64,000 nt of DNA, taken from IMG/VR virus record IMGVR_UViG_3300037316_000027, positions 1-64,000 of that record; one strand, 5' to 3'. The notes beneath the pieces are model-generated. The model was given only the letters and a program-made list of their open reading frames with translations, was not told where the DNA came from and made no database searches. The DNA comes from a virus. The position numbers were made by a program, and so were the translations under genes. Shown here in pieces: positions 58,450 through 64,000 of the stretch. Numbering within the stretch: the stretch's first letter is position 1; every line of letters begins with the position of its first letter.

Positions 58450-60072
58450 TTACGCGCCTGCTCGCCCGGACTTCATGCCCGGGGAGCTGTCAAAGCGCAG
58501 CATGTACCGCGTCTCGTCTCCAGCGTGGTCTTCGCTGTCATCGTCTACATCATCGATCTTGACTTCGTCGCGCGGCAGCACCGGCACGCATCGAAGCCAT
58601 TGCTGGCATTCCGTCGTGACGAACAGGCCGGGGATTTCCCGGAAGCCGTCCGGCGGCCGTTTGGCCGCCTTGAGCCGCTTGCGGATTTGCTCCCAGCCCT
58701 GCTCGCGCGAACCGGGGCCTTTGTCGGCCCTCTCCCAGAAAACGCCACGGTATTTCACGCCGTTGATCGTGACCGGCTTCTCGAAGTCGTCCGCGATGGA
58801 AACTGTCGATGAGGACTGATCGCCATCGAAAATCGAACTGTCCGCCGGTCCTCGGCTCACCCGGGTCCACGTACCTTGAGGATCACGTAGGCCCCATTTG
58901 ATTTCGCGTTCAATGATGCCCTTCGCGATATCGGCGACGAGCAGCCGCGAGCCTTCGTTCGGTTGTCCGCGCCAGCCGTACCATTCGTGGATACGGAAGA
59001 GATCGCCGCGCACTGTCGCCCGCATTCTACCGGGGACGATCTGCCCCTGTGAGTTCTTCGTGTCGCGCAATTTCAAATCGGTCCCGTCGCTCCGTGCGTA
59101 CCAGCCGACCGAGAACGGCTTCGACGAGCCATGGTCATAGGCCCGATAAATCTTCCAGCCCGGCGGCACGTCGAACGGCTCGATCACGACCGCGTCCCGG
59201 TACTCGTACCAGATGTCGTCGAACATGCCGCCGGCAACGATGTCCCACGAGCCCTCCATCCACGCCGCGAGTTCGGACTTGTTGCGGGCTGACGCTTTAA
59301 TTTTGTTCTTGTACTCCGGGTCCGAGTGCAACAGCAGCACGTTCTCGTCGAGATAGCCGTGAATGGCGCGGCGCGGCGGCTCCTTGTTACCTGCTTCGTC
59401 TACGGTGCCCGTAATGAGTGGGCCGACTGTCGGCTTGCGCCCGTTGATCGTCTCGCCGTTGATCGGCAATCGCCAGCGGGCCTTGACCCAGTTATGGCCG
59501 ACGCCGTAGGGATTGGTCGTTGCGCGCACCTTGCGCGGCATTCCCCTGATCGTCGAACGCGAGCACGAGAACATGCTCATGTAGCAATCCGGGCTCGGCC
59601 AGTTCGTCAACTCTTCCCAACCAATCCACGGATAGGCGTGACCGTGGTAGTTATCGTAATCGCTGCGCACGTTGAAGTGGGCGAAGTACAGGCGCTCGCC
59701 TGTCGGCCACTCCCACATCGTCTTGACTTCATTGTAGACCGCGTTAGGCCAGATACGCTTGATCCACTTCTTGGACTTCTCAATGATGTCGCGCAACTGC
59801 GGATGCGATTGTCGAAACAAGACGCCTTTCCATTCTGCACCATAGCCTTTGCCGACATCCTGACAAAAGTCCATGATCAGCGCGTCGGTCTTGCCGGGGC
59901 CGCGTGTTCCTTCGTAGAGAACTTCCATTGTCGGATCGGCGAGGAAAAACTCCTGTGACCCCGGTTGCGGGCACCATATCGCAGCTTTTAACACCCCTCT
60001 ATCGTCACGAAAATACGGGACGTAAGCCCCATCCTTGTCCTGCACGAATTTTTCGACACTGGGCCACTGCAT
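58450..60072 (-). CDS. terL: terminase large subunit
   Basis: PQPGSQ, YEGTRGPGKT Walker A, GWEELT Walker B, TTNP.G.GH.WVK, DHG, DHAGDE.RY. Confidence 0.95.
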   Translation of the reverse strand: MQWPSVEKFVQDKDGAYVPYFRDDRGVLKAAIWCPQPGSQEFFLADPTMEVLYEGTRGPGKTDALIMDFCQDVGKGYGAEWKGVLFRQSHPQLRDIIEKSKKWIKRIWPNAVYNEVKTMWEWPTGERLYFAHFNVRSDYDNYHGHAYPWIGWEELTNWPSPDCYMSMFSCSRSTIRGMPRKVRATTNPYGVGHNWVKARWRLPINGETINGRKPTVGPLITGTVDEAGNKEPPRRAIHGYLDENVLLLHSDPEYKNKIKASARNKSELAAWMEGSWDIVAGGMFDDIWYEYRDAVVIEPFDVPPGWKIYRAYDHGSSKPFSVGWYARSDGTDLKLRDTKNSQGQIVPGRMRATVRGDLFRIHEWYGWRGQPNEGSRLLVADIAKGIIEREIKWGLRDPQGTWTRVSRGPADSSIFDGDQSSSTVSIADDFEKPVTINGVKYRGVFWERADKGPGSREQGWEQIRKRLKAAKRPPDGFREIPGLFVTTECQQWLRCVPVLPRDEVKIDDVDDDSEDHAGDETRYMLRFDSSPGMKSGRAGA

Positions 60073-60073
60073 T

Positions 60074-60946
60074 TTAAGCGGCGTCCCCAGTGTCGTCCTC
60101 AGTACCCTCAACGCTGTCATCGAACGTGACGGCTGGCCGACCTTCGCGACGATAGGCACTTTCAAGTTCGTTGAGCGCTTCCGACGTGGCCGCGCGCATC
60201 CCGACGACAAGCACGCCGCCCGTGACGTTCATATCAACGATCGCCCGCTTGCCATATTCTTTCGGCTTGCGGTTTTCGAGATACCACCTGAGCATGTCGG
60301 GGTCTTGTTTGAAAATCGTCTCGGGGACTGGAGCACCGTTCTCGTCGCGAAGCCATAGCCTCGGGTTTCTGTCGTCAATGGGGTCGCCGAGCAGAACGAA
60401 CAGATCATACTTGTCTGGGTCGATTTTATATTGGACGCGCCCCCTGAAAGATTGTACCTCGAAGAAGCCCGTAGCCAGTGCCCACGAAGCCGTCTCCGCT
60501 TTCCCGAGGCCTTCATCCACCGCTGCGTCCCATGCGAGATGAAACCGCTGGGTGTTGTCAGAGTTCTCATTCTCTTCATCGTCGGGAAGAGCTACGTCGA
60601 AACCGTCCCCGGGAGCGCCCTCCTTGGATTTCTGTAGCCAGTATTTGAGTTGGGAGAGGCTGATGCCCGCGCGCTGCGCCGCGTCCGACGCATGGGGAAT
60701 TTCAGCGACGTTCTTGAGCAGACGATTGAGGCGTTCGGGAGTGTTCTTTCGCGGGGCGCGAGGGCCACGGACATCTAGGGGCGAAGGCCCAGACCCGTTT
60801 ACCGGATAGCTGCGGGATCGCTCTAGGACGCCCCGGCTTGCTGCGCCCATGGGACGAGACTTCGGCGGGGCTTTATCGATTAGCACTTCGGGGCCGACCG
60901 GAGCCGGGCCGAGCAAATCGTCGAGACTGGTTTCTTCTCCGCTCAT
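60074..60946 (-). CDS. terminase small subunit (putative)
   Basis: Directly upstream of terL; HTH (AAQRAGIS....YW), F...WD.A, L...KP..YG. Confidence 0.7.
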   Translation of the reverse strand: MSGEETSLDDLLGPAPVGPEVLIDKAPPKSRPMGAASRGVLERSRSYPVNGSGPSPLDVRGPRAPRKNTPERLNRLLKNVAEIPHASDAAQRAGISLSQLKYWLQKSKEGAPGDGFDVALPDDEENENSDNTQRFHLAWDAAVDEGLGKAETASWALATGFFEVQSFRGRVQYKIDPDKYDLFVLLGDPIDDRNPRLWLRDENGAPVPETIFKQDPDMLRWYLENRKPKEYGKRAIVDMNVTGGVLVVGMRAATSEALNELESAYRREGRPAVTFDDSVEGTEDDTGDAA

Positions 60947-61140
60947 GCGGGTATCCCCTTCAGGCATTGCATCGGCCCAGCCGATGGGAGGCGCGCATGC
61001 GCACTCGCGTATATTCGTCTTTGATACGCAAACGCGGATATAGCTCAGCTATACCCGATGTTTTGTATCATTCGCAGCCCTTACAGATGTCCGCCGGTCC
61101 CGGCGGGACTGGCGGAAGCGGGGCTACCTGAGACTGTGGC

Positions 61141-61416
61141 CTAGCACTGATATCCGGGCGTGACCCCACACCCTGTTGTGTGCTGTGCGGACCCAAAAAA
61201 GTAGTGAGGGAGGCCACCCCCGACGCCCATCAGTCCAGCGAGCCAGAGCATGACCGCGATCAGGCACAAGAGCGCTACGATGATCTTCCCGACCTTCACC
61301 ATGTCCGCCGAGGGCGGATATCCGACGAGGGTGAGTAGCCAGAGCATTGTGAAAGCAACGAACACAACGATCGCACAGTAGAGCACGACGTTGGCCAGTC
61401 CGATAAGAATTTCCAT
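61141..61416 (-). CDS. small two-TM membrane protein
   Basis: GAGG SD; two hydrophobic helices. Confidence 0.6.
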   Translation of the reverse strand: MEILIGLANVVLYCAIVVFVAFTMLWLLTLVGYPPSADMVKVGKIIVALLCLIAVMLWLAGLMGVGGGLPHYFFGSAQHTTGCGVTPGYQC

Positions 61417-61423
61417 GGTAGCC

Positions 61424-61573
61424 TCACTTGCCTAGTTCGGCGCGGATGATACTCGCGCGAGCTTGACTAAGCTTGTCATCGGGAAATTGTTCCAGATGCT
61501 TTTGGATACCTTCAAGTTGACGTTCTAGGCGCTTCTGTCTACTCGAAGGCGCGCACGTGTTGACTTTGCCCAT
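61424..61573 (-). CDS. small basic protein (49 aa), not in the ORF track
   Basis: TGATG-coupled; MGKVNT...KHLEQFPDDKLSQAR. Confidence 0.55.
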   Translation of the reverse strand: MGKVNTCAPSSRQKRLERQLEGIQKHLEQFPDDKLSQARASIIRAELGK

Positions 61574-61935
61574 CAGATTTTGCCGTCTTCAACGCCGAAG
61601 ATGACGCCTTTTTCAGATGTTGGGAAAGCGCCGTAGCCGACCATGCATCCGTTTCTGAAGGTGACGAAGACCGACAAGATGCCGCCGTCCTTATCGAAAA
61701 TTTCGGCGAGATCGACATCCGCATTCGGCGAGGGACTTCTCGCCATCATCCCCTTGAGCACGGCACCTTCGACCTTCCGATCGAATTTGAGCGGGGCTGG
61801 GGCGGTCTTGAGAACCACTTCAGGGGTGAGACAGACTTCTGCCGGGGCCTTGTGGGCGATGGATGTGTTCTTAGCGAGGACAGGGGGAGCGAGGGCGAGA
61901 AGAGCAGCGAGGGACAGCGATGCGACCTTCAGCAT
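61573..61935 (-). CDS. secreted protein with signal peptide
   Basis: MLKVASLSLAALLALAPPVLA; AGGAG SD. Confidence 0.65.
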   Translation of the reverse strand: MLKVASLSLAALLALAPPVLAKNTSIAHKAPAEVCLTPEVVLKTAPAPLKFDRKVEGAVLKGMMARSPSPNADVDLAEIFDKDGGILSVFVTFRNGCMVGYGAFPTSEKGVIFGVEDGKI

Positions 61936-61950
61936 TTGTTGAAACTCCTG

Positions 61951-62238
61951 TTACCGCTGAAATGAGCGATTGGTGATGGGACCACGGGCGCGCCGGATGT
62001 TGGCGGCCGGAATTTTCCCGCCCTCGTCATTGCGCGAGCGCATGGTCGGAGTGGTCGGCACTTTCTGCTCGGCGGAGACGGGGCGCGTTTGCGGGTTGAC
62101 GCCGACTGGCACAGTAGCCTGCGGCAGGAAGCCGGAAGTCGTGTGCTTGCCGGGAGTGTCGCTCGACGGACCAGCGAAGCCGTTCTGGCCGTAGCCATTG
62201 TCCGACTTCATCTTGCTTCCAACTACGTCAATCGCCAT
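61951..62238 (-). CDS. disordered basic protein
   Basis: G/P/T-rich ORF in the late transcript. Confidence 0.55.
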   Translation of the reverse strand: MAIDVVGSKMKSDNGYGQNGFAGPSSDTPGKHTTSGFLPQATVPVGVNPQTRPVSAEQKVPTTPTMRSRNDEGGKIPAANIRRARGPITNRSFQR

Positions 62239-62344
62239 GATCGTCTCTTTCGTCAATGTCGCTACCGTGCAGCCCGTCTTCCGCTTCCAGCCTTTCGGCT
62301 TCGGCGTCAGCTTCGAGCCACTCGCTCAGAAAGTCGTCCACAGA

Positions 62345-62719
62345 TTAGCGGCCGAGGCGCGCGGCCTCTGCGAGGACGGCCTTGCCGAGATTGCCGTTGA
62401 CCGACTGGCCGTTGGCGTCCTTCATGCCCCACGAGGACTTGAGTTCGCCCGGCTGCCGACGCAAAACCTTGTCGGTCGGCGACGGATCGAGCGGGTTCGG
62501 GCTGGAGGCGTCGGGCGCGTGATCGAAGCCCGGGCTCGTCGGCGACGCGCCGCGAAGCTTCGAGGCATCGGTCTGATCCTTCATGCCTTCCTTGACAGGG
62601 AATTTGGTCTGGGTGCGCTTCGCAGCGCCAGAGCGCGGATCGACGGGGCTGTTGGAAATGCGATCCTGCATCGCGGGGTCGATGGTCTTCGCTACAACGC
62701 CGCTACCTTTGACTGCCAT
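62345..62719 (-). CDS. disordered hypothetical protein
   Basis: AAGGA SD; first gene after the late-promoter motif at 62754-62792. Confidence 0.6.
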   Translation of the reverse strand: MAVKGSGVVAKTIDPAMQDRISNSPVDPRSGAAKRTQTKFPVKEGMKDQTDASKLRGASPTSPGFDHAPDASSPNPLDPSPTDKVLRRQPGELKSSWGMKDANGQSVNGNLGKAVLAEAARLGR

Positions 62720-62753
62720 GTGCGTGATCCTTACGAGTTGGAATTTCTCCGCA

Positions 62754-62792
62754 AGCATACGCGTAGCGCAGCTTCGGAACAACTGGGAATTA
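62754..62792 (-). promoter_or_regulatory. late promoter, conserved type
   Basis: TAATTCCCAG-TTGTTC-17-TATGCT. Confidence 0.75.
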
Positions 62793-62837
62793 GGACGGGG
62801 GCTTGACAGTCCTCAGTGAGAGCAGTATCAAAACCAT

Positions 62838-63503
62838 ATGCCCCATTTTCTCTATCGCATCGTTGCTCCAGATGGTCGTGCCTACATAGGTGTTACCAAG
62901 AGCCCGAAAAAGCGTTTCAGTGCCCACTGCCATCGCTCTTCGTCGGCGGTCAACGCAGCGATCAGAGAGTTCGGCCGCGCCGCGATGAAATTCGAATTAC
63001 TCACCTGCGGACCTAACGAGTATATCTACGAGCTTGAAGCGGCAGCCATTACTGCTTTTAATACTCGGCAGCCGAACGGTTTCAATCTGGCGATTGGCGG
63101 TCCTGCCGGGCGGTCCAATCGCAACCCGCTTCCGTCTACGCGTACCCGACTGTCAGAGGCGGCTAAGAAAAATATCAAAGCTCAAGTGGCTATGACGCTT
63201 GCTGCGACGGCAGCGCGACTTGGGAAACCCCTCCCAGCCACAACACGCGCAAAAATATCTGCGGCAAACAGCGGCACAAAACCCGCCGCACATACGATTG
63301 CGGCGTCGGTAGCCGCGCGAAAAGGCAAGCCTGCATGGAATAAAGGAATATCACCGTCTGCCGCGACCCGCACGAAACAGTCGATAGCGAGCAAGAATAA
63401 CCCGAGGGTGGTAGCGGCACAAATTTTTGCGACGGCGAAAGCGGCAGAGAAGCGACGAATTATGTCGAGCCGAGCGGGCCGCCCGGACCTGAGCCGCCGG
63501 TAG
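62838..63503 (+). CDS. GIY-YIG homing endonuclease with NUMOD3-like repeats
   Basis: FLY.I.....AYIG.T....RF..H, E...I, GFNL..GG; repeated TR.K.S.A. Confidence 0.85.
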   Translation: MPHFLYRIVAPDGRAYIGVTKSPKKRFSAHCHRSSSAVNAAIREFGRAAMKFELLTCGPNEYIYELEAAAITAFNTRQPNGFNLAIGGPAGRSNRNPLPSTRTRLSEAAKKNIKAQVAMTLAATAARLGKPLPATTRAKISAANSGTKPAAHTIAASVAARKGKPAWNKGISPSAATRTKQSIASKNNPRVVAAQIFATAKAAEKRRIMSSRAGRPDLSRR

Positions 63504-63691
63504 TTGGGGGACCATTTGCTCCGGGCGCAGCTCCGCTCCCCGGCGAGCCCGGAAGAACTTGAGCTGGTTCCGGAAAGCTCGGCGGATCACTCTTGGGATG
63601 GCCATTTGCCAACACATCAGCGGCTTCATCATCGGTCACGCTCCGGTTGGGTTTGTCCCACTGGATATTGCTTTTAGATGCTCGCAGCATG

Positions 63692-64000
63692 TTACTTCCC
63701 CTTGAGTTTCATATAGACGACATCGGGTCCGCCCGCTGTCCAATTCTTTTCGCGATGATCTTCAACGAACCCGTGCTTCGCGTAAATCTGCGGAAGCCCG
63801 ACATCGAACGCGTCGAGGGTTTTCCCGCCGGCCGCTTTCGCCGCTTCGATAGCCGCGCCGCCTGCGCCCTTTTCGCCTGAATTGTTGAACACGCTCTGCA
63901 CGTCACCTTCGGGAGAGACGGCGGAGCCGACCTTGCCGTCGTTGCGAAGGATCAGCGTGTGATGGTCGAGTTCGCTCGGGTCGGCGTGAGGCGTGAACAT
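63692..64000 (-). CDS. GNAT-like domain protein (N-terminus lies beyond the window)
   Basis: SVFN....GAG...I..A...GG..LDAFD..LP.IY...GF pattern. Confidence 0.55.
   Translation of the reverse strand: MFTPHADPSELDHHTLILRNDGKVGSAVSPEGDVQSVFNNSGEKGAGGAAIEAAKAAGGKTLDAFDVGLPQIYAKHGFVEDHREKNWTAGGPDVVYMKLKGK

Overview
This is a 64-kb segment of a GC-rich tailed (siphovirus-like) phage or prophage. The host is probably an alphaproteobacterium (usg gene, CtrA-like TTAACCAT sites). The left 10.9 kb (+ strand) holds RtcB RNA ligase, an array of 12 tRNA genes, nucleotide-metabolism and nuclease genes, and at least four structured non-coding RNAs, one of them a ~335-nt promoter-to-terminator RNA. The remaining ~53 kb (- strand) is the late region: terminase, portal, putative capsid-cargo enzymes, scaffold, collagen-like fibres with a glycosyltransferase, major capsid, head-tail connectors, tail tube, frameshifting chaperone, tape measure, tail tip, a 12-kb nucleotide-sugar/glycosyltransferase cluster, and lysis genes. 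The most striking observation is that the spacers of the tRNA array encode micro-ORFs enriched in the amino acids of the adjacent tRNAs (e.g. SD-MSSSSSRS running into tRNA-Ser). This suggests ribosome-stalling control of tRNA release. The supplied track labels the major capsid ORF (44677..45828) as + strand, but it is on the - strand. All assignments come from reading motifs by eye; no searches were run.
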